Assembly (NCBI GenBank): GCA_041686735.1 | Contig: JAWLDF010000005.1 | Location: 837 to 64,836, forward strand | Length of the DNA: 64,000 nt | Direction of reading: 5' to 3' | Source: Bacilli bacterium | GTDB taxonomy: Bacteria; Bacillota; Bacilli; JACDOE01 | Shown: positions 52,611 through 62,895 of the stretch, piece by piece | How positions within the stretch are numbered: position 1 is the first letter of the stretch | Layout of the letters: the number at the start of each line of letters is the position of its first letter | Made by a program: the position numbers and the translations under genes | The notes under the pieces: generated by a model | What the model was told of the DNA's origin: nothing | Databases searched by the model: none | Seen by the model: the letters and a program-made list of their open reading frames with translations, nothing else

Positions 52611-53503
52611 GTGTGATCGCGCTGTTGCCGAAAAAAATTCAGCAGTTTGTCTACACCCTGGCGTCGAAAACGCTGTGGAGCGAGAACAATCCACAGACTT
52701 CTTTTAATTCGAAAATCTTTTATTTTTACTTCTTTCAAGAGATTGAATTCCAGTTCCCTTTTTACTGTCATCCGAGATAAAAAAGCTACACCCAGACCGG
52801 CCTCTACGGCACCTTTAATCGCCTGTGTACTGCCGATTTCCATCGCAGTCACAATACGATCAAGGATCCCCTCTTTTTGTAAAGCATTTTCTACGACCAT
52901 TCTCGTTCCCGAACCGACCTCGCGCCATATCAAACGTTCTTTTACAATCTCGTCAGGATGAATCTCGTTTCTGTCAGACCAGGGATGATGAACCGGGCAG
53001 ATCAGAACCAGTTCATCATCAGCAAACTTCTCGGCAATGAGTGATTCATCGTTGACACTTCCTTCGATCAATGCAATATCGATGGTATGTTCGGCAAGAC
53101 TGTCGAGAATTTCCCGGGTATTGGCAATGCGAATAGTCAGATTTAAATCCGTTTCCTGTTGCTTAAATTTTTCAAGTAAGCGGGGAAGCAAATATTCACC
53201 GATAGTCAATGTGGCACCGACACAAATTTGGGCCTGGTCCTTCCCTTTGTAAGTGGACAATGCCTCTTTCGCCCGTTCGTGATCTTCCAGTATCGCTTTC
53301 ATGTAGGGATATAAAATTTTTCCTGCTTCCGTAATCTGCAATTTGCCGCCGGTTCTATCAAATAATAACACATCGTAATACTCTTCCAGCGCCTGGATCT
53401 GTCGGGTCACAGCCGGTTGCGAGACAAAGAATTTGCGTGCCGCTTCACTGATACTGCCATTTTCAACGACAAGACAAAACATTTTAAAACTATCCAGATT
53501 CAC
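52607..53503 (-). CDS. LysR-family regulator (CysL-like / selenium-metabolism-associated type)
   Basis: SISEAA..VSQPAVTRQIQALE HTH; GATLTIGEYLLP and REVGSGTR motifs; GTG start at 53503. Confidence 0.88.
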   Translation of the reverse strand: MNLDSFKMFCLVVENGSISEAARKFFVSQPAVTRQIQALEEYYDVLLFDRTGGKLQITEAGKILYPYMKAILEDHERAKEALSTYKGKDQAQICVGATLTIGEYLLPRLLEKFKQQETDLNLTIRIANTREILDSLAEHTIDIALIEGSVNDESLIAEKFADDELVLICPVHHPWSDRNEIHPDEIVKERLIWREVGSGTRMVVENALQKEGILDRIVTAMEIGSTQAIKGAVEAGLGVAFLSRMTVKRELEFNLLKEVKIKDFRIKRSLWIVLAPQRFRRQGVDKLLNFFRQQRDHT

Positions 53504-53579
53504 TCGATCACAACCTTTTATCCGTTTCGTTCTCTTTGTATATATCATACCAAAAAAATCAGGATCATGTATGAATATA

Positions 53580-54626
53580 TTATTTCCGTGTGCGACCGAG
53601 GTATTTCAGTGTGACAACTCCATTACCCTGGCGTCCTCTTGGTACAGATAACGTAGCAGCCGATCTTTTTAACAATCGAAACAGACCTGCGGGGGAAAGT
53701 TTTTTGTAATAAGCGAGGAATATTGCCGCGATACCTGTCAAATGGGCGGCGGCCATTGAAGTTCCGCTGAGTTTACGGTATCCTCCTCCCGGCCATGTTG
53801 ATAATATATTGACACCGGGCTCCACGAAATTAAGTCCTCTGCCACGGCTGCTGAAGGCAGGCACGCGATTGCGGATATCGATGGCACCCACCGCAATCAC
53901 GCCGCTATATCGTGCCGGGTAATCCACACTGCCTCCGCTGTTTCCGGAAGCGGCGATCATTACAATTCCCGCATCCCTAGCAGCATTGATTGCGTTCCTT
54001 TCAGCACGGCTTCCCTGACCGGAACCAAAACTCATATTCAGGATATCCATGCTGTTTTCTATCGCCCATTCAATTCCTTCGATGACATCGGCGGAACTCC
54101 CTGTTCCATCCGCACCAAAAGCTTTAATCGCATACAACGATGCCCCGGGTGCAATTCCGGTAATTCCGGAACCATTAAGGGCGGCGGCGATTGTACCTGC
54201 AATGTGGGTACCGTGCCCGTTTCGATCAATAAATGGACTGCCAGAACCCATCACATTGACTCCTCCAGTCACCCTTCCCCTCAAATCAGGGTGGCTGCGG
54301 TCAATTCCGGTATCAATAATCCCGATTCGCACACCACTTCCCTGCACCCTCCTCCATACTCCGAGAGCACCCACTTTTCGAACGCCCCAAGGGATTGTTT
54401 CGCTGTGAAGTTTATAAACTTTATCGTCTTCGACGGTAATCTGTTTTTTTGAAAGTTGAGTCACCTGATTCTGGATACGGGAAAAATCTTTGCTGTCCAT
54501 GCATACCGTTTTTGTTCGCGGGAAATAACGGCATCGTTTTTTTATGGACCGAGGCAGACGTTGCCAGAATTCCTTCAATTCCTGGTCATGATCAAAAGAA
54601 ATCAACTTTCTCACGGACGTCACCAT
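53580..54626 (-). CDS. Subtilisin-like S8 serine peptidase, no evident signal peptide
   Basis: IIDTGID, GHGTHIAG and SGTSMAA catalytic triad motifs. Confidence 0.9.
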   Translation of the reverse strand: MVTSVRKLISFDHDQELKEFWQRLPRSIKKRCRYFPRTKTVCMDSKDFSRIQNQVTQLSKKQITVEDDKVYKLHSETIPWGVRKVGALGVWRRVQGSGVRIGIIDTGIDRSHPDLRGRVTGGVNVMGSGSPFIDRNGHGTHIAGTIAAALNGSGITGIAPGASLYAIKAFGADGTGSSADVIEGIEWAIENSMDILNMSFGSGQGSRAERNAINAARDAGIVMIAASGNSGGSVDYPARYSGVIAVGAIDIRNRVPAFSSRGRGLNFVEPGVNILSTWPGGGYRKLSGTSMAAAHLTGIAAIFLAYYKKLSPAGLFRLLKRSAATLSVPRGRQGNGVVTLKYLGRTRK

Positions 54627-54719
54627 CCCTCGTTTTCTGCTTCATTTTATGAAGCAGTCCGGGGGATAGCGCGCCCAAAAATCATGACTTTAATCATATC
54701 GACTACAGTTCGGTACAAT

Positions 54720-56843
54720 CTATTCCGATTTAATGCGAAGCAATCGAATGCCGTTGACCGTCACAAGAATGGTGGCACCCATGTCTGCCAGAATGGCAAG
54801 CCATAACGTAAGCCATCCCGGAAAAACGGCAAGTACAGCCAGAATTTTAACAGCCAGAGAAAAAGTAATATTCTGTTTGATCACGCGCAGGGTGGCGCGA
54901 CTTAATTTTAGCGCATAGGGGATCTTTGTCAGATCGTCTCCCATGATGACGACATCCGCAGTCTCCATTGCCGTATCTGTTCCCGCTCCCCCCATGGCTA
55001 TTCCTACACTGGAGACAGCCAGCGCCGGAGCATCGTTAATGCCATCTCCGACCATGGCCGTTGTTCCATAACGATTGTTCAACTCATGGACCCGTTGCAA
55101 TTTGTCTTGAGGCATCAACTCGGAATATACTTCATCAATTCCCGATCCCTGCGCAATCGCGTCCGCTGTACGGTGATTATCTCCCGTAAGCATAACCACT
55201 TTTTTCACAGAGAGGGATTTTAATTTATGAATCACAGAAGTCGCCTGTGGGCGAATTGAATCTGCTATGCTGATCCAGCCCATGACCTCCAGCTTTCCGG
55301 CAAGGCCGATTACCGTTTTCCCTTCATTTTGCCATTGTTTTATTCTTTGCTCCTGTTCCGGGGGGATTTGTATTTCTTTTCGGATCATTTCCGGGCTCCC
55401 GACCAGATATAATTCTCCATTGATTCGGCCCCTGACCCCCTGACCCGTGATGGACTCGAATTGTTCCGCTTCCGGTGCTTCAACATCATCATGCCGTGCC
55501 CTGTTGACGATTGCCCGTGCCAGGGGATGTTCCGATTTGGACTCCAGGGCTGCGACCAGTGCCAAAATTTTTTTGCGGCTCTGTTCATCTTCCGGCTGTT
55601 GCAGCGGGAGGATATCAATCACCCTCGGTTCCCCGGACGTTAAAGTGCCCGTTTTGTCAAAAGCAATCACCTTTGCTTTCCCCAACTCTTCGAGGTAAAT
55701 TCCCCCTTTTACCAGCACACCCTGCCTCGCTGCCGAACCAATCGCACTGACAATGGCGACCGGTGTAGATACTACCAGCGCACACGGGCAGGCAACAACA
55801 AGTAATGCAAGACCGCGGTAAATCCAGTCATGCCATCCCCCTCCGAAAAAGAGGGGTGGAATCAAAATAATGGAAAGAGCGAGTACCATGACAACCGGCG
55901 TATAATATTTTGCAAAACGGTCGACGAATGCCTGGGACGGAGCCCTTTCCGACTGGGCCTCTTCAACTAAATGAATGATTTTGGTTAACGTGTTATCCTC
56001 AACTGTTCTGGTCACTTTAATTTTTAAAAAGCCGTACTGGTTGAGTGTCCCTGCAAAGACTTCATCATTCTTTTGTTTCTCAACGGGAATGGACTCCCCG
56101 GTAATGGCCGCCTGGTTAACCGAAGATTCTCCTTCAATCACCACACCATCCATGGCAATTTTTTCACCCGGCTTTACCAGCATCGTATCTCCCGCTTCAA
56201 TTTCTTCTACCGCAAGTTCCAGTTCCCGTCCCTCACGGATGATCACCGCTTTTTTGGGGGAGATCTTCATCAAAGAGCGGATGGCATTTCGCGCTTTATC
56301 CATCGAATAATTTTCCAGCAACTCACTGACGGCAAACAAGAAAGAGATGACGGCTGCTTCGCTCCATTCTCCGATCAGGACGGCTCCGCTCACAGCAACC
56401 AACATCAGCGTATTCATATCAAAATTAAAACGGAGTAGCCCCCTCCACCCTTTTTTTGCAGTAGCGTAGCCCCCGATCGCAATGGTCAGAGCATATAATC
56501 CATAGACGAAAAGCGGAGGGCTTTGTAAAAACGATGTCATCCAGGCAAGGATGAGGAAAATTCCCGATATTCCCGCCCGCCTTGCATCCCGGCTCTTCCA
56601 GACAGACTCCGTCTCCCCAACCTGCATCCCCTGCGGAATCGCCCGAATCCCGTCAAAGGCACCGGTACGATTAATCTGTTCCAGAGAAACGTCACCCTCG
56701 ATTTGCAATTTGCCTGCACCAAAATTAAGTTTCACATTACGCACGCCGGGTAATTTTTTTAAATCCCGCTCAAACTGAGCGGCACAATCCGCTCAGGTAA
56801 GTCCCTGCAAATGATATTGCTTATTCTCATGAGATGTACTCAT
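54720..56843 (-). CDS. cadA: P1B-2 Cd/Zn/Pb-exporting ATPase with an in-frame TGA at codon 17 (probable selenocysteine in a UxxC HMA motif); 707 aa if read through
   Basis: MSTSHENKQYHLQGLT*ADCAAQFERDLKKLPGV is in frame with the 674-aa ORF; ATG overlaps the cadC stop (ATGA) with RBS GGGAGGGG; CPC, DKTGT, SEHP and ADMG motifs. Confidence 0.88.
56766..56795 (-). promoter_or_regulatory. Candidate bacterial SECIS element immediately 3' of the in-frame TGA
   Basis: TGA-gcggattgtg-CCGCTCA-GTT-TGAGCGG; 7-bp stem, loop starting GU, 17 nt from the UGA to the loop. Confidence 0.65.
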
Positions 56844-57214
56844 TTGCTTTTCCCCTCCCGATGATGCATCAATGCAAGCTCAATAATGTCTGTTACGTGC
56901 TGATCGTCCAGGGAATAAAACACCAGTTTTCCCCTTTTTTCATATCTGGCAAGCCCCATATTGTACAGCAAACGAAGGTGATGGGAGGCTGTTGCGGTAG
57001 AGCATCCGACAATATTGGCTGCATCACAAACGCACAACTCCTTTTCCCTCGTCAGCGCGTAAGCAATCCGCACCCGGGTATCGTCAGCGAGGGCTTTAAA
57101 TAACCCGGAAAGTCCTTCCGTCACTTCTACTTCTTTTCGCAATTTCTCCACAATTTCTTCGTTATAGCAATAGATTTCACACTGGTGGGGATCCGAACCT
57201 CTATTCTGTGACAT
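56840..57214 (-). CDS. cadC: CadC-type ArsR/SmtB repressor
   Basis: CEIYC and ELCVCD metal sites; FKALADDTR and ASHHLR motifs. Confidence 0.9.
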   Translation of the reverse strand: MSQNRGSDPHQCEIYCYNEEIVEKLRKEVEVTEGLSGLFKALADDTRVRIAYALTREKELCVCDAANIVGCSTATASHHLRLLYNMGLARYEKRGKLVFYSLDDQHVTDIIELALMHHREGKSK

Positions 57215-57257
57215 GAGTCTTCTCCTTTCATAGAGGATACGTTCTTAATATTTTATT

Positions 57258-57333
57258 ATTCAAAAGATGATTTGAATGTTCTGGTTGCTGTTATTTTACA
57301 CCAGATCCAATCCATAATCAAATCATAATTTGA
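57258..57333. promoter_or_regulatory. Two CadC-type operator inverted repeats
   Basis: attcaaa-agatga-tttgaat (57258-57277) and tcaaat-cata-atttga (57318-57333), resembling the pI258 cad operator. Confidence 0.65.
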
Positions 57334-57385
57334 GTATAAAAAAGACCGCATCGGATATCCTGCCCGATCGGTCTTTGTCCAAAGA

Positions 57386-58429
57386 TCACCTGAATCCTCG
57401 GATATACTGTTTCGGTCCCTCATAAGGGATTCCGGCTTTGTGTTTCACCCTCAAAATCCACTGTGGATCTCGCAATAATTCTCTCCCCAAAAACACCAGA
57501 TCGGCACGCTCATTACCAATGATCTCTTCCGCTTGTTCCGGGCAGGTAATCAATCCGACGGCTCCCGTGGGAATACCCACTTCTCTTTTAATCCGTTCAG
57601 CAAAAGGAACCTGATAACCGGGATGAACCTTCGGCGGACGAACAGGAAGAATCGCGCCGGTTGAAACATCGATCAAATCCACTCCGCATTCTTTTAAAAG
57701 ACGGGCAATTTCCACACTGTCTTCGATGGTGACCCCTCCATCGACATAATCGACGGCTGATATGCGGACAAACAACGGGAACTCCTTGCCCCATTCACCC
57801 CGAACCGCTTCGATTACTTCACGAACAATACGAAAACGATTTTCAAGGGATCCTCCGTATTCGTCCGTCCTTTTGTTCGTAACAGGCGATAAAAATTCGT
57901 TCAGCAGGTAACCATGGGCGGCATGAATTTCAATGACATCAAAGCCGGCCTGTCTCGCTCTTCGTGCAGCCCTGGAAAATGCACTCACCACATCATCAAT
58001 ATCCTGATGAGTCATCTCCTTCGGAGTTTTCCTTCCTTCCTGAAAAGGAATGGGGCTGGGAGCGATGATTTCAATTTCTTCATCCAATTCTGCTTTGCGA
58101 CCGGCATGAGCCAGTTGAATTCCCGTTTTCACACCATGTTCACGGGCAAAATTGACGATTTTTTTAAGACCTTCGATATGTAAATCGTCCCATAATCCCA
58201 GATCATGAGGGCTGATTCTGCCCCTGCTTTCCACCGCGGTAGCCTCAAGAATCATCAGGCCTACTCCGCCTGCGGCCCGCGCACCGTAATGTACGATGTG
58301 CCAATCGGTTACTTCCCCCTTCTCTGTTGCGGAATACATACACATCGGCGACATCACGATTCGGTTGGGCAGGGTAACATTTTTGACGGTATAAGGTTCG
58401 AAAATTTGCTTGATCTTCATGTCTGACAC
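57386..58429 (-). CDS. namA: NADPH dehydrogenase NamA (old yellow enzyme, YqjM-type)
   Basis: [23 protein letters not shown] and PGYQV motifs. Confidence 0.92.
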   Translation of the reverse strand: MSDMKIKQIFEPYTVKNVTLPNRIVMSPMCMYSATEKGEVTDWHIVHYGARAAGGVGLMILEATAVESRGRISPHDLGLWDDLHIEGLKKIVNFAREHGVKTGIQLAHAGRKAELDEEIEIIAPSPIPFQEGRKTPKEMTHQDIDDVVSAFSRAARRARQAGFDVIEIHAAHGYLLNEFLSPVTNKRTDEYGGSLENRFRIVREVIEAVRGEWGKEFPLFVRISAVDYVDGGVTIEDSVEIARLLKECGVDLIDVSTGAILPVRPPKVHPGYQVPFAERIKREVGIPTGAVGLITCPEQAEEIIGNERADLVFLGRELLRDPQWILRVKHKAGIPYEGPKQYIRGFR

Positions 58430-58527
58430 ACCCTTTCATGTATCTTGTCGAAAAAAAGAGAATAACCATCGTCATCTGGATACGATGGTTATATTGATCG
58501 ATGCTTGACTTCGCCGGTTACCCGGAA

Positions 58528-59322
58528 TTATCCGAGGATTGCCCGGTCACTGGCAAACTTCTCTCCGCGTAACCGTTCAAATTCGGATAACAACTTCTCA
58601 ATGGTCAGGTCTTTCTTTTCTTCCTCTGAAACATCGAGAATAATTTGTCCTTTATCCATCATAATCAGACGGTTTCCAAGGTCGAGTGCCTGTTGCATGT
58701 TATGTGTGACCATCAAGGTTGTTAAATGGTGCTGTTCCACAATCTCTTTGGTTAGATTGGTAATTAACTGGGCCCGGGCCGGGTCAAGTGCGGCAGTATG
58801 TTCGTCCAGTAAAAGAACTTTCGGCTCTGTAAAAGTGGCCATTAACAGACTAAGTGCCTGCCGTTCCCCTCCGGACAACAATCCTACCTTTGCCGTCAAC
58901 CGATTTTCCAGGCCAAGATGAAGACTTTCAAGATGTTCTCTGAACATCTGACGACGTTTCTGGTTGACTCCCAAACGAAGTCCTCTTTTTTTATCGCGTG
59001 CATAGGCCATTGCCAGATTTTCTTCGATGGTCATTGTAGGAGAAGTACCGGCCATGGGATCCTGAAAAACCCGGCCGATCATCGGTGCACGCTGATACTC
59101 TTTTAAATGATCCACCTTATTTCCGTCGATTTCAACATATCCTTCATCAGGCAGTAATACTCCGGAAATGATATTCATTAACGTTGATTTTCCTGCTCCG
59201 TTACTTCCAATAATCGTCACAAAATCTCCGTGGGCCAGTTCAAGGTTCACATCGGACAAAGCGATTTTTTCATCAACGGTACCTTCATTAAAGATCTTAA
59301 GTATGTTTTTTAACTTTAACAT
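58528..59322 (-). CDS. ABC transporter ATP-binding protein (aromatic amino acid uptake type)
   Basis: GSNGAGKST, LSGGERQAL and LLDEHTAALDP motifs. Confidence 0.88.
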   Translation of the reverse strand: MLKLKNILKIFNEGTVDEKIALSDVNLELAHGDFVTIIGSNGAGKSTLMNIISGVLLPDEGYVEIDGNKVDHLKEYQRAPMIGRVFQDPMAGTSPTMTIEENLAMAYARDKKRGLRLGVNQKRRQMFREHLESLHLGLENRLTAKVGLLSGGERQALSLLMATFTEPKVLLLDEHTAALDPARAQLITNLTKEIVEQHHLTTLMVTHNMQQALDLGNRLIMMDKGQIILDVSEEEKKDLTIEKLLSEFERLRGEKFASDRAILG

Positions 59323-59330
59323 GTGTCACC

Positions 59331-60257
59331 TCACCCTTCCACACTGGCCGATCCGCTTTTGCGACGGTCCGACTTTCTTTTTTTCTCACGCAACGAAGCG
59401 GTAATGCGCGGTGCAACCAGAGCAAAAATCACGATCAATGCCGTCATAAGCTTCATATCGGAAGGGTCCAGACCCACCCTTAACGCAATGGCAATCACCA
59501 GACGATAGATAATGGCGCCGCCGATGACCGCAATCGTAGCTCTTCTTACTGTACGATCACCAAAAACGGCTTCCCCGATAATAACCGAAGCCAGACCGAC
59601 GATAATCATCCCGATCCCCATCGAAACATCGGCAAATCCTTGATACTGTGCCCATAACGAACCTGAAAGCGCCACCAATCCGTTTGATAATGCCAGACCG
59701 AGAATAATGGTATTATCCGTGTTGGTGGAAAAACTGCGGATCATTCGCGGGTTATCCCCGGTTGCACGCATGGCCAGTCCGATTTCGGTATCGAGAAACC
59801 AGTCCACAATCAATTTTATAATTAATACAAACAGAGCCATGGTAATTAATAATACATAATTGGATGAGAAAAGATGAGAAAAAAATGATTCCATTCTGTC
59901 GATCAAAGTATCCTGTCCGAGTAGCGGCACATTGGCTCGTCCCATGATACGAAGGTTAATGGAATATAATGCAATCATGGATAAGATACCGGAAAGGAGC
60001 GGGTTGATTTTTCCTTTGGTGTGAAGGATTCCGGTAATACTTCCTACCACCAGTCCCAACAGAAAAGCACTCAGTGTCCCGACAAAGGGAGAATACCCGG
60101 CTACGATCATCGTTGCCGCAACGGCGCCTCCGGTGGCAAAACTCCCGTCGACCGTCAGGTCGGGAAAGTTAAGTATACGAAAGGTGATATAGACACCCAG
60201 TGCCATAATGGCAAAAATAATTCCTGCTTCTAATGATCCAATGAATGACTGAAACAT
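59331..60257 (-). CDS. ABC transporter permease
   Basis: FPDLTVDGSF, NLRIMG and GLASVIIGE motifs. Confidence 0.88.
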   Translation of the reverse strand: MFQSFIGSLEAGIIFAIMALGVYITFRILNFPDLTVDGSFATGGAVAATMIVAGYSPFVGTLSAFLLGLVVGSITGILHTKGKINPLLSGILSMIALYSINLRIMGRANVPLLGQDTLIDRMESFFSHLFSSNYVLLITMALFVLIIKLIVDWFLDTEIGLAMRATGDNPRMIRSFSTNTDNTIILGLALSNGLVALSGSLWAQYQGFADVSMGIGMIIVGLASVIIGEAVFGDRTVRRATIAVIGGAIIYRLVIAIALRVGLDPSDMKLMTALIVIFALVAPRITASLREKKRKSDRRKSGSASVEG

Positions 60258-60363
60258 TGTGTCCTCCTTTCAACTTCTGCGGCCCAACTGTTTTCTCGGT
60301 AAAAGAGCCATAGGGTGATCTGATCCCCATGGCTCAATTTTGTTTCATCTGGAATGCACTGAT

Positions 60364-61422
60364 TTATTCACCAATGCGTACAGCCTGTTTCAGCAGTTCT
60401 TCCGGAAGTGATTCAAGATCAATTCCCTGCTCGGCCGCAGCCTTCAGGTTGATGACGAGATCAAGATTCTCCGGGAACCCAACGGAAATGTCCCCAGGGC
60501 TCTTGTTTCCTTCCATCACCTGCAGAGCCATTTGACCGGTAGAATATCCCAGATCGGAATATTCAAAACCAAAACCGGCAAATCCTCCGCGCTTCACTGA
60601 ATCGGATTCTCCAACAAACATTGGAATATCGTTATCATTAGCCACCTGAATTACAGATTCCAGGGCGGATACAGCCGTGTTATCCTTTGGAATGTAGATG
60701 ACATCTGCACGACCCACCAGGGAATCAGCAGCCTGTTTTACTTCAGAACTGTTGGATACAGTTGCTTCTACCGGTTCAAGACCGAGTTCTGCAAGAGCCG
60801 CTTTGGCATTTTCAACATTGACCACGGAATTCTGTTCTCCATCATTATAAATGATCCCTACAGTTTTTGCATCAGGGAAAAATTCACTAATGGTTTCCAT
60901 CGTCTTTTTGATTGCATCCGGATGAGTATCGGATGTTCCCGTAACATTTCCGCCCGGATTCTCCAGATTACTTACCAGTCCGGCACCAAGCGGATCTGTA
61001 ATCGCCGTAAAGAAAATAGGAATGTCCTTCGTTTCTCCGACAACAGCCTGTGCACTGGGAGTAGCAATGGCAAGAATCAAATCTACCTTGTCGGCGACAA
61101 ACTTCTGAGCGATGGTTTTATTGTTGTTTGGATCGCCCTGGGCAATTTGAACATCAAGCTCCAGATTTTCTCCTTCTTTATATCCGGCATCGGCAAGGGC
61201 CTGAATGAAGCCTTCGCGTGCTGCATCAAGGGAAGGATGTTCCACGATTTGTGTAATCCCGATGCGCCATGTTTTTTGCGGTTCTGCACCATTATCAGCA
61301 CCGTTGTTTTGCCCTGAAGTTCCCTCGTTGGTTCCTTGATTTCCCGTTGAGGACTGACCGCAGGCAGCAAGTAAAACCAGCAGTCCGACCATAAGTACTG
61401 CAACCCACTTTTTCAAATGCAT
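60364..61422 (-). CDS. ABC substrate-binding lipoprotein (Trp/Tyr-binding-like)
   Basis: Lipobox LAAC; QIVEHPSLD, AQGD, ATPSAQ and NVTGTSD motifs. Confidence 0.85.
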   Translation of the reverse strand: MHLKKWVAVLMVGLLVLLAACGQSSTGNQGTNEGTSGQNNGADNGAEPQKTWRIGITQIVEHPSLDAAREGFIQALADAGYKEGENLELDVQIAQGDPNNNKTIAQKFVADKVDLILAIATPSAQAVVGETKDIPIFFTAITDPLGAGLVSNLENPGGNVTGTSDTHPDAIKKTMETISEFFPDAKTVGIIYNDGEQNSVVNVENAKAALAELGLEPVEATVSNSSEVKQAADSLVGRADVIYIPKDNTAVSALESVIQVANDNDIPMFVGESDSVKRGGFAGFGFEYSDLGYSTGQMALQVMEGNKSPGDISVGFPENLDLVINLKAAAEQGIDLESLPEELLKQAVRIGE

Positions 61423-61501
61423 AACCCCCTAATATGTTTTCTGAAATTATTAAATACAATAAATATTATAACAGGTAGAGGCAAAAGAAATAAAGTAAAA
61501 A

Positions 61502-62413
61502 TTAGTCGGATCCTGCACGTTCCCACAACTCTTTCATGTCTATGGGAAGCGCACTTTCCACTCGTATCATTTCATCGCGGATTGGATGGTGAAAAATCAT
61601 CTGTCCGGCATGCAAGGCATGTCTGGATATTCCTTCGATACGACCGCCGTACAAATCGTCACCAGCAAGGGGATGGCCGATATGACTGAGATGAACACGA
61701 ATCTGATGAGTACGGCCCGTTTCAAGTGTCAGTCTCAACATGGAATAATGCTCAGTCCTTCCGGCCAGTTCCCAGTGGGTGACAGCTTCTTTGCCGTCAT
61801 GTCGAACTTCCCGCTCAATGATCGAATCTTTTTTGTTCGCGATGGGAAGACGTATGGTGCCCGAGGGTTCAAACTTCCATGAACCGTGGACTATGGCGAT
61901 GTACTTCTTCACCCATTGCTGCGAGGGAAGATCGGACATTCGCTGATGAATCCAGGGGTTTTTTGCCACCATCACCAGACCGGATGTATTCCGGTCGAGA
62001 CGGTTAACCGGGCGAAACTTGCGAAAGATCTGATGCTGTTGCCAGTAGTGCATTACACCATTGGCCAGGGTGTGCTCCCAGTACCCCATAGTCGGATGAA
62101 CGGTAAGTCCGGCCGGTTTGTTTATGACCATCAATTGTTCATCCTCGTAGCGAATGTCCAGTTCCATCGCTTCCGGCTTGATGTATTCCGCCGTTTCGTC
62201 CGGCCAGTGAATGGAAATCTCATCCCCCTGATGCAGAGGCTCGTCCAGATAAATGGCGGACTTGTTTTTTTGAATTCGATCATCATCTTTGAGATGGGTT
62301 AGCAGACGCCGTGAAAAATGATATTCCCGTCGCAAATAAGATTTAACGGTATCATCAGGGCGGGGATTATTTGCACGTATGATTAATTTTTCGATGGTAG
62401 CTTCAACAATCAC
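61502..62413 (-). CDS. RluA-family pseudouridine synthase
   Basis: NRLDRNTSG, LETGRTHQIRVH and GDDLYG motifs. Confidence 0.92.
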   Translation of the reverse strand: MIVEATIEKLIIRANNPRPDDTVKSYLRREYHFSRRLLTHLKDDDRIQKNKSAIYLDEPLHQGDEISIHWPDETAEYIKPEAMELDIRYEDEQLMVINKPAGLTVHPTMGYWEHTLANGVMHYWQQHQIFRKFRPVNRLDRNTSGLVMVAKNPWIHQRMSDLPSQQWVKKYIAIVHGSWKFEPSGTIRLPIANKKDSIIEREVRHDGKEAVTHWELAGRTEHYSMLRLTLETGRTHQIRVHLSHIGHPLAGDDLYGGRIEGISRHALHAGQMIFHHPIRDEMIRVESALPIDMKELWERAGSD

Positions 62414-62577
62414 AGCGTTCCACCTCCACCTTCCTCCTCAATAAAGAAAACCCGGCTTTCACCAGGCATCCCTGCACAATGGAGAATTGACAATTACTCC
62501 TGTATGGTTCACCTCAATGGTTATGATCATGTTAAAAAATCCCCGAGTGAACACGGGGATTTATGAAAAAACTTATT

Positions 62578-62895
62578 TTACAGATGTGGATTCACTTTAC
62601 TTAATAATGCTTCTTTCGGCTGGAATCCGACGATCTTGTCAACGGGTTGACCGTTTTTGAACAGCATGAGAGTCGGAATGCTCATTACGCCGTAACGTCC
62701 GGCGGATTCCGGATTCTCATCCACGTTTAATTTAACAATTTTCAGTTTGTCACCGATTTCCTGATCCAACTCTTCCAGGACCGGGGCAATCATCTTACAG
62801 GGACCGCACCAGGGTGCCCAGAAATCAACGAGTACCGGACCGTCTCCGGAAACCTGATTTTGAAAATTTTGATCTGTCACATGTTCTATTGCCAT
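62578..62895 (-). CDS. trxA: Thioredoxin
   Basis: WCGPC and MSIPTL motifs. Confidence 0.96.
   Translation of the reverse strand: MAIEHVTDQNFQNQVSGDGPVLVDFWAPWCGPCKMIAPVLEELDQEIGDKLKIVKLNVDENPESAGRYGVMSIPTLMLFKNGQPVDKIVGFQPKEALLSKVNPHL

Noticed and set aside
54720-56744. 674-aa CadA starting at GTG 56744, as in the ORF track
   Set aside because: It starts mid-HMA domain without an RBS; the coupled ATG at 56843 is much better supported.
61423-61501. T-box leader before the aromatic amino acid ABC transporter
   Set aside because: The intergenic region is only about 80 bp, with no T-box consensus or specifier stem.
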